A stretch of 63,862 nucleotides of DNA, the filler included, from Chiloscyllium plagiosum (lineage: Eukaryota): NCBI RefSeq assembly GCF_004010195.1. It is 4 parts of one record of this genome, joined end to end, with 100 filler letters (N's around TTAATTAATTAA, not from the genome) between each part and the next. Parts side by side here need not be neighbours in the genome. Positions count along the whole stretch, not along the records: positions 47,342 to 59,541 come from NC_057716.1; positions 59,642 to 63,862 come from NC_057716.1; 2 more parts are not named here. One strand, 5' to 3'. Position 1 is the first letter of the stretch; every line of letters begins with the position of its first letter. Both the position numbers and the translations under genes were made by a program. This document shows, piece after piece, positions 49,495 to 62,000 of the stretch. The notes below the pieces were generated by a model. That model made no database searches. It had not been told where the DNA came from and saw nothing but the letters and a program-made list of their open reading frames with translations.

Positions 49495-50053
49495 ATCTCT
49501 GCACCACATATACACTCCACCCCTCACTCCATACATAGACCGCCCCCTCCATGTACACACTCCACGCCCCCCCCCCACCCCCCACCCGAGGTAAACACTC
49601 CGCTCCCACGGCATACACACCCCAGTGTACACACTCCACCCCCACCATCAAGACACACCACTCCCCCGTGTACATACTCCGCTGCCCCCGTGTGTACACC
49701 TCACCCTCCCCTGTGTACAGACACGTGGCAGTACGGTGGCTGTGACTGAGGTAAGCTGGCTAGATGCAGCATTAATACAAAGGCAGTGATGTGTTGTGTG
49801 AAGGGAGGAGCTGCTGATGAGGACATTGGGAGGTAGTCTTCTTATTTACTCACCAACTCATCATCTAATCCCCACTTCATCAAGTTCCATCAAAGAGTAA
49901 ATCCCGTTTAGTCATTTCATCTGTTCCCGATATCCCTCCCCCTCTCAATACCTACCCACTCATCTCATGGACCCCTCTATAAATCCCTTCCCCACGTGTC
50001 CCCTTCTCCACGGTCCCCTTCCCTCCTCCCCCTACCCTCCCGTCCCACAGTAT

Positions 50054-50218
50054 TTAGGCAGCGGCTTGAGGTTGTTGGTCAGTGTTCTGTTCCAGACTAG
50101 CACAGCACCGATGACACTCCGGATCACCCCGGACTCTTGGGGTCCCTGGAATGGCTTTCCCAGTGTGGGGATTCACACACCAGCACTCCCCCCGCTGCCC
50201 ATTCAGGGATGTCTTACA
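50054..50218 (-). CDS. IGFBP2: IGFBP2-like last coding exon (thyroglobulin type-1 C-terminus with RGD)
   Basis: tttcctctgcag|[35 protein letters not shown]...stop. Confidence 0.93.
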   Translation of the reverse strand, partial: CKTSLNGQRGECWCVNPHTGKAIPGTPRVRGDPECHRCCASLEQNTDQQPQAAA

Positions 50219-51235
50219 CTGCAGAGGAAAAATAACATACAAAGTGAATGAGTTGGAGGGAGACACATCTCCCCAAACTCCCCCCCACACTTACACAGCA
50301 TACCCCCTCCCCATACCCCCAACATCACCCACATCACCTCCTCTGTCTCCCCCCCACACCTACTCCCCTTCCCCCACTCCCTCCCCCACCCNNNNNNNNN
50401 NNNNNNNNNNNNNNNNNNNNNNNNNNNNNNNNNNNNNNNNNNNNNNNNNNNNNNNNNNNNNNNNNNNNNNNNNNNNNNNNNNNNNNNNNNNNNNNNNNNN
50501 NNNNNNNNNNNNNNNNNNNNNCTACCCCCTCTCATTCCCAGCATATTCAGCCTCTCCCTCTATAACTCAAACCCTCCAACCCTGGCAACATCCTTGTCAA
50601 TCTTTTCCGCATCCTCTCGAGTTTAACAACTTCCTTCTTACACCCACAGAGTCACACAGTGTAGAAACAGGCCCTTCAGCCCACTACACCAACCTACACC
50701 ACTCCCATTTCCCTGCCCCTGGTCCACAGCTGACGGTGCCCTGGTGTTTTAAGAGCTCATCCAGATCGGTCTGCAATGTTGGGAGAGTCCCTGCCCCCAT
50801 CACCCTCTCAGGCAGCACTTTCTACCACCCTCTGGGTGAGAAAGTATTTCCTCAGATCCCCTCTAAACCACTCACTCTTCACCTTAAACTTACACCCTCT
50901 GGACTTAGACACATCTACCACGGGGACCAGATTCTCACAATCTACCCCCTCTCGGCCTCTCAGAATTTTGTACAGTCAGTTCTTCCATAACGCAATGGTT
51001 GTGTTCTTGTGTAACATGGTGTTATAGAAACATCACGCTTTAGAAACAGCGTTTAAAGTGTTGGCAATGTAATCACATTACAGCCAACACAAATTTTAAA
51101 AGTTTACGCTGAACAGTATCCCCAACTCGTCAATCGTCTTCCAGTGAATTTGAATTAACAAAATGCAGGTGATAGCAGAACGACCTGTCCACCTCATTTA
51201 GACCCCCCCTCAGCCTTCTCTGCTTCAAGGAGACA

Positions 51236-51402
51236 CCGGTGTTGGACTGGGGTGGACAAAGTTAAAAATCACACAACACCAGGTTATAGTCCAACAGGTT
51301 TAATTGGAAGCACACTAGCTTTTGGAGTGTTGCTCCTTCTGAAAGTCTGTTCTTCCAAATAAACCTCTTGGACTATAACCTGGTGTTGAGTGATTTTTAA
51401 CT
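51236..51402. repeat. Fold-back Penelope family B terminal-repeat insertion in a CR1 fragment
   Basis: AAGTTAAAAATCACACAACACCAGGTTATAGTCCAA...TTGGACTATAACCTGGTGTTGAGTGATTTTTAACTT inverted arms; hammerhead core disrupted at the turn. Confidence 0.75.
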
Positions 51403-53165
51403 TGCTCCAGGGAAAACAATCCCAGCCTATCCAGTCTCTCATCGTAACTGAGACTTTCCATCCCAGGCAACATCCTGGTGAAAGTCCTCTGCACTCCCTC
51501 CTGTTCAATCACGTGTGGGGACCAGAACTGCACACAGTACCCCAGCTGTGGTCTCACCAATGGTTTAGAAATTTGTAACAAGGCTTCCTTGGTCTTATAT
51601 TGTACACCCTGGATAATGAAGGCAAGCATCCCTTTTGCCTTCTTCCCCACCCACTTCAGGGATCTATAGACTTGTACACACCAAGGTCACTTTGTTCCTC
51701 ATTGCTTCCGAGGGACTGACCCTTCATTGTGTATATTCTTCCCTCATTATTCCTCACACTTACCAACATTAATTTCCATCTGCCATTGTTCTGCCCAATT
51801 TACCAGCCAATCAATATCAGACTGTAGGCTGAGGCCATCCTCCTCACTATCAATACCACCACTGATTATTGTGTCATCTGAAAATAGACTAATTATACCA
51901 CGTACATTCACATCCAGGTAGTTAATGTACATGACAAACAGCAAGGCTCCCAGCCCCAGCCCCAGTCCCTGTGATACACCGCTGGGGCCAGGCTTCCTTT
52001 ACAGACACAGCCCTCCACCATTACCCTTTGCCTCCTGTTTGGAAGCCAGTTAGGGATCCAGTTTGCCAACTTGCCTTGGATCTCATTGGCTGTTAGTTTT
52101 GGACCAGCCTTCCATGTGGGACCTTACTGAAGTCCATGTAAACACATCAACTGTACTATCCTCATCAATTTATTTAGTCACCTTTTCAAAAGGCTCGCTA
52201 AATTAGTCTGACAGGTGCTGACTATCTCTGATCAATCCCTGCCTTTCCAAATATTGATTAATCCTGTCCCTCGGAATGTTTTCCCACAATTTCCCTCCCA
52301 CTGACGTTAAACTATCTGCGCTGTATTTACCTGGCCTCTCCCTGCTGTGCTGCTTGAACAAAGGAACCACCTTAGCTATCCTCCAGTCATCTGGCACTTC
52401 ACCTGTGGCCAGCGAGGTTTTCAATATCTCCACCAGGGGCCCAGCAATCTCTCCCCTTACCATCCAATGCAGCCTGGGATACTTTTTAAAAAAATGTATT
52501 TGTGTGTTAAGGGCATCCCTGTTGTCAGATCTGGTTCAAATTGCCTTTCTGAAACCTAGACGTTTAACGTCTGCACAGTCCTTACCCCTTTCCATGAGGG
52601 CTTTGAAATTACAGTTATGGTCACTATTTCCAAAATGCATTTGACTGCTTCATTCCCAAAGATTAGGTTTGGCACTGCCCGATTTCTAGTAGGGTTATCT
52701 ACAGATTGGCACAAACAGCTCTCCTTGGTGCACTTCAAACATTTCAACCTGTCTAATCCTTTCACACTGAGGCCATCCCAGTTAATGTTAGCGTGGTTTA
52801 AATCCCCCGTGACTACACCCTGCCCCTCACACCTCGCTTTGTTTTGCCATCAAATTTACTCCTGTATCGCCCTCTGACAGTTGGGAAGCCTGTAGTATTA
52901 CCCCAGCAAATGGTCACCCATTTTGTTTATTTCTAAGCTCTACCCAGATGGCTTCATTTGAAGACCTTTCTGAGACTTCTTCCCACATTACGGTGGAGAT
53001 TGTTTTCTTTACCAATAACGCAATGCTCCCATCAACCCACCCCCGCCCCCATCACATCCTGAAACGTCTATATCCTGGGAATGTTGAGCTGCCAGTCCAG
53101 CTGAACCATGACTCAGTGATTACAACAATATCATAGTCCCACGGGCTGGTCAATGTTCTAAGTTC
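51403..53165 (-). mobile_element. Decayed CR1 LINE ORF2
   Basis: 'YDIVVITESW', 'GEVPDDWRIAKVVPLFK', 'FSDDT', 'PLVRPQLGYCVQFWSP'. Confidence 0.85.
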
Positions 53166-54219
53166 ACCAGGAGAAAGTGAGGACTGCAGATGCTGGAGAC
53201 CAGAGTCTAGATTAGAGTGGTGCTGGAAAAGCACAGCAGGTCAGGCAGTATCCGAGCTGCAGGAGAATCGACATTTCAGGCAAAAGCTTTTCATCGGGAA
53301 AGGGGCAAGTTCTTTTCCTGATGAAAGGCTTTTGCCCAAAATGTCAATTCTGCTCTTCAGATGCTGCCTGACCTGCTGTGCTCACCAGTCAACTCCTTGT
53401 ATTAAAATAGATATAATTTAGCTTTCAGAAGAAGATGGGGTGTAGGTATAAGGGTGGTTGCAGGGTGGTTAAGAAGGCATTTAGCACGCGTACCTACATT
53501 GCTCAGCCCTTTGAGTGTAGGGGTTCGGACGGCATGTTGAGATGATACAGGACATTGGTGAGGCCTCTTCAATACTGTGTCCGGTTCTGGACACCAAGTT
53601 AGAGGAAGGATATTGTTAAGCTGGGGGGCATTCAGAAGAGGTTTCCCAGGATGTTGCTGGGTGTGGAAGGTGTGAGTTATAAAGACAGGCTGGATCAGCT
53701 GGGACTGTTTTCACTGGAGCGTTGGAGGTGATTCAATAGAAGTTTATAAAATAATGCGAGGTATAGATAGAGTTAATGGTAGTTGTCTTTTCCCTAGGGT
53801 GGGGAACTTCCAAACTAGGGGGCACATTTTTAAAGTGATAGGAGAGAGATTTAAAAAGGACAAAAGAGACAAGTTCTTTACAGAGAGGGGGTGAAATGAA
53901 CTCCCTGACAAGGTGGTGGATTTGGGAACATTTGGATAGATACATAAATAGGAAAGTTTGGAGGGATATGGGCCAGGAGCAGGCAGGTGGGACTAGATTA
54001 GTTTGGGATTATGTTCGGCACGGACTGGTTAGACTGAAGGATCAGTTACCGTGTTGTATGACTCTCGGGAATTATCCTGTCTCTGACTGTCCTAATATTC
54101 CTTCCATAGCTGAGTGGATCTTGCTCCCAAATTGACATCTACTCTGTTCCCACACTCTCTGCCAAATTAGTGTGAAACCTACACAACAGCATGAGCAAAC
54201 CTCCCAGTTAGGATACCGG

Positions 54220-54701
54220 AGTAAAACTCCCTCTACACACTGTCCCCCTTCAAACCAGGACAGGGACAGCACAGGGTTAGATACAGAATAAAGCTCCCTC
54301 TACACTGTCCCCCATCAAACACTCCCAGGACAGGGACAGTACAGAGTTAGATACAGAGTAAAGCTCCCTCTACACTGTCCCCATCAGACACCCCCAGGAC
54401 AGGGACAGCACGGGGTTAGATACAGAGTAAAACTCCCTCTACACTGTCCCCATCAAACACTCCCAGGACAGGGACAGCACGGGGATAGATACAGAGTAAA
54501 ACTCCCTCTACACTGTCCCCCATCAGACACCCCCAAGACAGGGACAGCACGGGGTTAGATACAAAGTAAAGCTCCCTCTACACTGTCCCCATCAAACACT
54601 CCCCAGACAGGGACAGCACGGGGTTAGATACAAAGTAAAGCTCCCTCTACACTGTCCCCATCAGACACCCCCAGGACAGGGACAGCACGAGGTTAGATAC
54701 A
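54220..54701 (-). repeat. Tandem repeat of about 70 bp (same family as 28665-28992) in IGFBP2 intron 3
   Basis: About 7 units, starting roughly 10 nt after the exon 3 donor. Confidence 0.92.
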
Positions 54702-54712
54702 GCCAGTGTTAC

Positions 54713-54853
54713 CTGTTTGAGGTTATAAAGGCCACGCCAGTCACAGTTCGGGATGTGCAGTGAGTAGAGATGCTCCAATGGTCCCCGTTCATCAGGAAGC
54801 CTCAGGGATGAAATCCTCTCCAAGACCTGGTCCAACTCCACTTGGCAAGTCGT
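54713..54853 (-). CDS. IGFBP2: IGFBP2-like exon 3 (141 nt, phase 0-0)
   Basis: tgcacag|[47 protein letters not shown]|gtaaca; closely matches IGFBP2. Confidence 0.95.
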
Positions 54854-55484
54854 CTGTGCACAGGGGTAAAAGGTCAAGGGTTACGGCAATGTCAGGCATG
54901 GAGGAGGATCCCTTGACATTGTCCCCATCAAACACGCTCTGGAATTCCCTCCCTAAGGGCATTGTGGGTCTACCCACAGCACATGGACTGCAGCGGGTCA
55001 AGAAGGCAGCTCACCCCCACCTCCTCAAGGGGCAACTAGGGACGGGCAATAAATGCTGGGCCCAACTGGTGACTCCCATTTCCGAGGAGTGAATAAAAAA
55101 TGATTAGAAACAGTTTGAAATGAGTGAACTGCATTTCAGAACCCAAACCTTTCCTTCCTCACCATCCAGGCTCCAACAGGAGGTTTCTGTCCAATTCTGA
55201 GGTTTACACTATCAGAGGGATATCAGGGTCTTGGGGAGGGTGTGGAGGAGATTCACTCGAATGGGATCTGGGACGAGGGAGGTCAGAGTGTGTGGAGAGA
55301 CTGGAGACTCTGGGATTGCTCTCCTTCAGGGTGAGATGGCTAACAAAGTCATTTAACCAAGTGTTCAAAAGTATAAGGGATTTCCATGGAAAAAGTGCCA
55401 GTGGGTGGATGGAGGCTAATCAGAGAGATTGAAGAGAATTTATAAATGACCACCCAGCACAGCTCTCAAGATTTTATTTTTGAA

Positions 55485-56060
55485 CGAGAGAGCGAGAGAC
55501 AGAGAGAATGAGAGGGAGAGAGAGACAGAGAGAACGAGAGAGAGAGAGAGAGAGACAGAGAACGAGAGAGAGAGAGAGAGACAGACAGAGAACGAGAGAG
55601 AGAGAGAGAGAGACAGAGAACGAGAGAGAGAGAGAGANNNNNNNNNNNNNNNNNNNNNNNNNNNNNNNNNNNNNNNNNNNNNNNNNNNNNNNNNNNNNNN
55701 NNNNNNNNNNNNNNNNNNNNNNNNNNNNNNNNNNNNNNNNNNNNNNNNNNNNNNNNNNNNNNNNNNNNNNNNNNNNNNNNNNNNNNNNNNNNNNNNNNNN
55801 NNNNNNNNNNNNNNNNNNNNNNNNNNNNNNNNNNNNNNNNNNNNNNNNNNNNNNNNNNNNNNNNNNNNNNNNNNNNNNNNNNNNNNNNNNNNNNNNNNNN
55901 NNNNNNNNNNNNNNNNNNNNNNNNNNNNNNNNNNNNNNNNNNNNNNNNNNNNNNNNNNNNNNNNNNNNNNNNNNNNAGAGAGAGACAGAGAGAGACAGAG
56001 AGAGACAGAGAGAAAAACAGAGAGACAGAGAGAACGAGAGAGAGAGAGAAAGAGAGAGAG
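55485..56060 (+). repeat. (GA)n-rich microsatellite spanning a gap
   Basis: Visible directly. Confidence 0.95.
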
Positions 56061-56718
56061 TTGAATTCTCTACCACAGAAAGCAGCTGAGGCCAAAATAT
56101 TGAACATTTTCAAGAAGGAGTTAGAGTTCTCAGGGATAAAAGAATGGAAGGATATGGGGAAGAGGCAGGAACAAGGGATGGGGTTAGATCATGCTGGATA
56201 GTGGAGCAGGCTCAATGGGCTGAATGGCCCAAAACTTGCTCCTATTTTCTATGACAGGGAGAAAGAGAGAGAGGGAAAGTGAGAGAGAGAGACAGAGAGA
56301 GTGATAGTGAGAGAGAGGTATAAAGAAGGAAGGAATAGCAGAGTGGGACAGAGATGGAATGGGAAGGGGTTGAGGGTCTGAGAGATTAAGAAAATGTCAA
56401 GGTGTTTGAATGTAAGATGGTGGAGACTGGGTCGATTCTGGGACAATATGATGGAGAGAGAGAGAGAGAGAGAGAGAGGGGTGAACATAGCTATGGATGG
56501 GGTTCGGGAGACAGTGGGATTTGCGATGGAGCTGTGTCCGATTCCAGTGAGGAGTGTGCTGTTGGATTGTAGCCCTGCTGGATAGTCCAAGGGGAGGTGA
56601 GTGCAGTCAGAGCAATGCTCCAAGCTCAGTCTCAGTGAGCTATATGAGAATGAGTAAACACTGTCAGCAAGCAGCAGCTGAGATTCTCTTGGAAAAGGGG
56701 GAGCTCGGAATGGTTTAC

Positions 56719-56924
56719 CAGCTGGGGCCAGGCTCTCCTGGGCTCCTCACTGCCTTTGTTCCCTCTATCCATCGACCGCCACTGGGCGTTGTTACGTTCC
56801 CGGATTACTGCTGTCGTCTTCGATCCCACTCTCACCGGCTTCCGACCCATCACACTGGTGTTTGGGTAATTCAGGTGATTGTCAATCAGCTCAGGGCTCA
56901 GGTGCTCCTCGTGCCTCTCTCCAC
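56719..56924 (-). CDS. IGFBP2: IGFBP2-like exon 2 (linker domain; 206 nt, phase 1-0)
   Basis: Pyrimidine tract plus taag|..ELIDNH..GRKPVRVGSKTTAVIRERNNAQWRSM..EEPRRAWPQL|gtaaac; resembles the IGFBP2 linker (ENH, GRKP, AVFREK, EEPKK) and is in frame with exon 3. Confidence 0.82.
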
Positions 56925-59009
56925 CTTACACATGGAGAAAGAAAGATAAAGAGATCATTTACACCATACAATGTAGGAGAAGTAGGCCATTCAGCCCATC
57001 ATGGTACACATTATCAAACACTGAGGTCATGGCTGATCTGATCACCCTCAACCCCACTTACCTGCCTTTCCCCCTAACCCTCCATTCCCCTCCTGATTAA
57101 ATATCTGTCTCTCTCAGTCTTGAATATCCTGAATTGACCCAGCCTCGACAGCCCTCTGTGAGAAAGAATTCCACAGATTCACTCCCCTCTGAGAGAAGGA
57201 ATCCCTCCTCATCTCTGTCTTCAATGGGTGACCCCTTACTCTGAGATGATGCCCCTCTGGTGCTACACTTCCCCCACACGGGGAAACAGCCTCTTCACAC
57301 CCCCCCATCTCAAGGTCCCTCAGAACCTTGTACGTTTCTATAAGGCCACCTCTCATTGTCCTGAACACTGTGGTGAAGAAGCCTAATTATTACAGACATA
57401 TTGAGACAGAGGAAATACATCAAAGAATTTACCTGCATTGCTTTAGCACCTCTCACTGCCTCAGGCAATTCTAATATGTGTTACGGCCAATGACATACAT
57501 CTTGAGGTGTAGTTGTTGTTGTAATATAGGGGGCATTCTGTTAGCTGTGTCATCTGTCTGGCGCCTGGCTTCAGGACATCCCACACCCTCTCCCACCGCT
57601 CCCCCTCCCAATCTGGATAGGGAGGATCCATACAGGATCCAGTGACCACAATACAATGGGAACTATGTTCCACAAAGAGAGAGTTTGAGCAGCTCAGAAT
57701 AAGGGAGGTTCGTATTGCTGAGGTGTTCCCTGGGCATCGGGTCCAGCAGATTAGCGCGTTGAACACATCACTCGAGGAGTGGGGTTAGGGAGGGTCAGAA
57801 CTCAGGAACAAGGAGATGTTCGTTAAAATGAGCTCTACTTAAAGTGGCCTGGGACCAGTGTCCCAGCCAATTCTATAACTAAGACTGTGGACAAGGTTTG
57901 AAACAACATGGTGGGGTGGGAGGTGCTGTTGTATAAGATACAGAATTCAAGGAAAGACTAAGCCAGTAGCTGACTGTAGGAATCAGGGTGTAGGGGTAAG
58001 CAGAATGGGACAGAGACAGAGACAGAAGGACAAGCTGAAAATGATTGGCACCACACCCACAAACACCCACTCCCTCCCCCACCCACACTCAGTAGCAGCA
58101 GTGTGTACCAGCTACAAGGTGCACTGCAGAAACTCACCAAAGACCCTCAGACAGCACCTTCCAAACCCACAACCACTTCCATCGAGAAGGACAAGGGCAG
58201 CAGGTACATGGGAACACCACCCCCTGAACGTTCCCCTCCCAGCCCCTCACCATCCTGACTTGGAAATATATCGCCGTTCCTTCAGTGTCACTGGGTCAGA
58301 ATCCTGGAATTCCCTCCCTAAGGGCATTGTGGGTCTACCCACAGCACATGGACTGCAGCGGTTCAAGAAGGCAGCTCATCCCCACCTTCTCAAGGGGCAA
58401 CTAGGGACAGGGAATAAATACTGGGCCCAGCCAGTGACACCACATCCCATAAGCAAATTAAAATTAAAGGAGCATGTGAAATTTTCACAAGAAATTAATT
58501 GCCATCAATATATCATGGTTATAAAAGTGACTGGTCATGCAATAAATATTTCAGGGTATTTATATATTTTGAAAATATAGACAGAGCTCTTTTGCTCATT
58601 GGTCCTTCAGCAAGGTTTTGTCTCATTGATGATCCATGAGTGACCAATCAGAGCTCTCCTGCTGCTCTGGTCCCCATATTTCAGGAACTGGGTAAAACCC
58701 ATTCCTGGCTGTGGCTAGGCCAGTATTAATTGCTCGCCCGTCCCTAATTGCCCTGTAGAAAGTGGGGCTGACCTGCCACTTTGAACCACAGGAGTCATTC
58801 GGGGGATGCAGTGGAATAGGTGGATTATCAGCTCAGAAAACAGCCAGGACATCAGGGAGAAAGGTCCCCAGCTCAGAGATCAGAGAATAGACTCAGTCTG
58901 CCTGGGAATTAAGACTGACAAGAGTCAATGTAATCATCGATGTGTCCTCATTGGTCACTCACCATTGGTCAGTGTGAGCATCGATCACTCACTAAACAAA
59001 ATAGGAAAG

Positions 59010-62000
59010 AACAATACAGCACAGGAACAGGCCCTTCGGCCCTCCAAGCCAGTGCTGACACATTTTGCCCTTCCATACTAAAACTGTCTTCCTTTACAGG
59101 ATCCGTATCCCTCTATTCCCTTCCTATTCCTGTATCCGTCCAGGTGCTTCTTGAATGCTGCTGTTGTGTCTGTTTCCACCCCCTCCTCTGGCAGCGCGTT
59201 CCAGGCCCTCACCACCCTCTGTGTAAAAATTCTCCCTCACACATCTCTTTTAAACTTCATCCCTCACACCTTGAATCTGTGTCCCTAGTAACTGACCCCT
59301 CCACCCTGGAAAAAAGCCTCACACTTTCCACACTATCCATGCCATTTCACAATCGTATAAACTTCTATCAGGTCACCCTCTCAACCTCCTGTATTCCAGT
59401 GAAAACAAACCCAGTCTATCCAACCTTTCTCCATGGCTAGAATCGCCAGACCAGGCAACATCCTGGTAAACCTTTTCTGTACCCTCTCCAAAGCATCCAC
59501 ATCCTTCTGGTAGTGTGGTGACCAGAACTGTATGCAATATTNNNNNNNNNNNNNNNNNNNNNNNNNNNNNNNNNNNNNNNNNNNNTTAATTAATTAANNN
59601 NNNNNNNNNNNNNNNNNNNNNNNNNNNNNNNNNNNNNNNNNTGTCCATGTGCACAGATCTTTGAAAGTTGCCACCCAGGTAAATAGTGCGGTGAAGAAGG
59701 CATATGGCGTACTGGCTTTTATTGGTAGAGGAATTGAGTTCTGGAGTACTGAGGTCATGTTGCAGTTTTATAAGACTCTGGTGCAGCCTCATCTGGAGTA
59801 TTGTGTGCAGTTTTGGTTGCCATACTATAGGAAGGATGTGGAGGCACTGGAACGGGTGCAGAGGAGGTTTACCAGGATGTTGCCTGGTATGGTAGAAAGA
59901 TCTTATGAGGAAAGGCTGAGGCACTTGGGGTTGTTTTCATTGGAGAAAAGAAGGTTTAGGGGTGACTTGATAGAGGTGTACAAGATGATTAGGGGTTTAG
60001 ATAGGGTCGACAGTGAGAATCTTTTTCCACGGATGGAGTCAGCTATTACAAGGGGGCATAGCTTTAACTTAAGGGGGGTAGGTATAAGACAGATCTTAGG
60101 GGTAGGTTCTTTACTCAGCGAGTCGTGAGTTCATGGAATGCCCTGCCAGTAGCAGTGGTCGACTCTGCCTCATTATGGGCATTTAAGTGGGCATTGGATA
60201 GGCATATGGAGGATAGTGGGCTAGTGTAGGTTAGGTGGGCTTGGATCGGCGCAACATCGAGGGCCGAAGGGCCTGTACTGCGCTGTATTCTTCTATGTTC
60301 TATGTTCTATGTTCTGTGAGGATCAGTGGTTGGCACAACATCGTGGGCTGAAGGGCCTGTTCTGTGCTGTACTGTTCTATGTTTTATGGTAAAAGAGGGG
60401 GAAGTGTGGTATTGTCAGTCAAGGACAGTATTACAGTGGCAGAAAGGATATTTGAGGATTTGTTGATTGAGGTAGTATGGGCTGAGGTTAGAAACAGGAA
60501 AAGAGAGGTCACCCTGTTGGGGGTTTTCTCCAGGCCTCCGTGTAGTTCCAGAGATGTAGAGGAAGGGATAGCAAAGATAATTCTCGATAGGAGCGAGAGT
60601 AACAGGGTAGTTGTTATGGGGGACTTTAACTTTCCAAATATTGACTGCAAATACTATAGTTCAAGTACTTTAGATGGGTCAGTTTTTGACCAATGTGTGC
60701 AGGAGGGTTTCCTGACGCAGTATGTAGACAGGCCAAAATGGAGCAAGGCCACATTGGAGTTAGTTCTGGGTAAGGAACCCGGCCAGGTGTTAGATTTGGA
60801 GTGAAGGGAGCACTTTGGTAATAGTAACCACAATTTGGTTATGTTCACTTTAGCGATGGAAAAGAATAGGTATATACTTACTGCAGGGCAAGAGTTATAG
60901 CCGGGGAAAAGACAGTTGTGATGTGATTAGGCAAGATTTAGAATGCATAAAATGGGGGTGGAAACAGATTAGATTAGATTAGATTTCCTACAGTATGGAA
61001 GCAGGTCCTTTGGCCCAACAAGTCCACACTGACCCTCTGAAGAGTAACCCACCCAGACCTATTCCCCTATCCTATATTTACCCCATTCTGGATTAGTGGT
61101 GCTGGAAGAGCACAGCAGTTCAGGCAGCATCCAAGGAGCAGCTCCTTGGATGCTGCCTGAACTGCTGTGCTCTTCTAGCACCACTAATCCAGAATCTGGT
61201 TTCCAGCATCTGCAGTCATTGTTTTTACCTCTATATTTACCCCAGACTAATGCACCTAATACTATAGGCAATTTAGCATGGCCAATTCACCTTAACTGAC
61301 ATATCTTTGGATGGTGGGAGGAAACCCACACTGACATGGGGAGAATGTGCAAACTCCATACAAATAGCTGCCTGAAGGAGGAATTGAACCTGGGTGAACC
61401 AGCAATGCTAACCACTGAGCCACCATGCCATAACTGAGCATATAATACAATCTCTTCAAAGTGATCTTTACTTTCTTATGTTTAATACTACCCATATATT
61501 TTAACTGGATGATTTTTTTCAGAAATATCTTCCCCAGTTACAGCAATAATTTATTCTTTCATCAAAAATGGCAATAGAAATGTGGAGCTTATTCAAGGAA
61601 TGACTACTGCGTGTCCTTGATAAATATGTACCTGTCAGGCAGGGGGGAAGTGGTCAAGTGATAGAGCCGTGGCTTACTAAAGAAGTTGAATCTCTTGTCA
61701 TAGAGTCATAAAGTCATAGAATGTACATCATGGAAACAGACCCTTTGGTCCAACCCATCCATGCTGACCAGATATCCTAACCCAATCTAGTCCCACCTGC
61801 CAGCACCCAGCTCATATCCCTCCAAACCCTTCCTATTCATATACCCATCCAAATGCCTTTTAAATGTTGCAATTGTACCACCCTCCACCATTTCCTCTGG
61901 CAGCACATTCCATACACGTACCACCCTTTGTGTGAAAACGTTGCCCCTTAGGTCTCTTCCAAATCTTTCCCCTCTCACCCTAAAACTATGCCCTCTTGTT

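Noticed and set aside
713..58460. Long-range inverted similarity between 713-1135 and 58045-58460 suggesting a giant TIR element
   Set aside because: Both are copies of a high-copy LINE 3' end present several more times in the window
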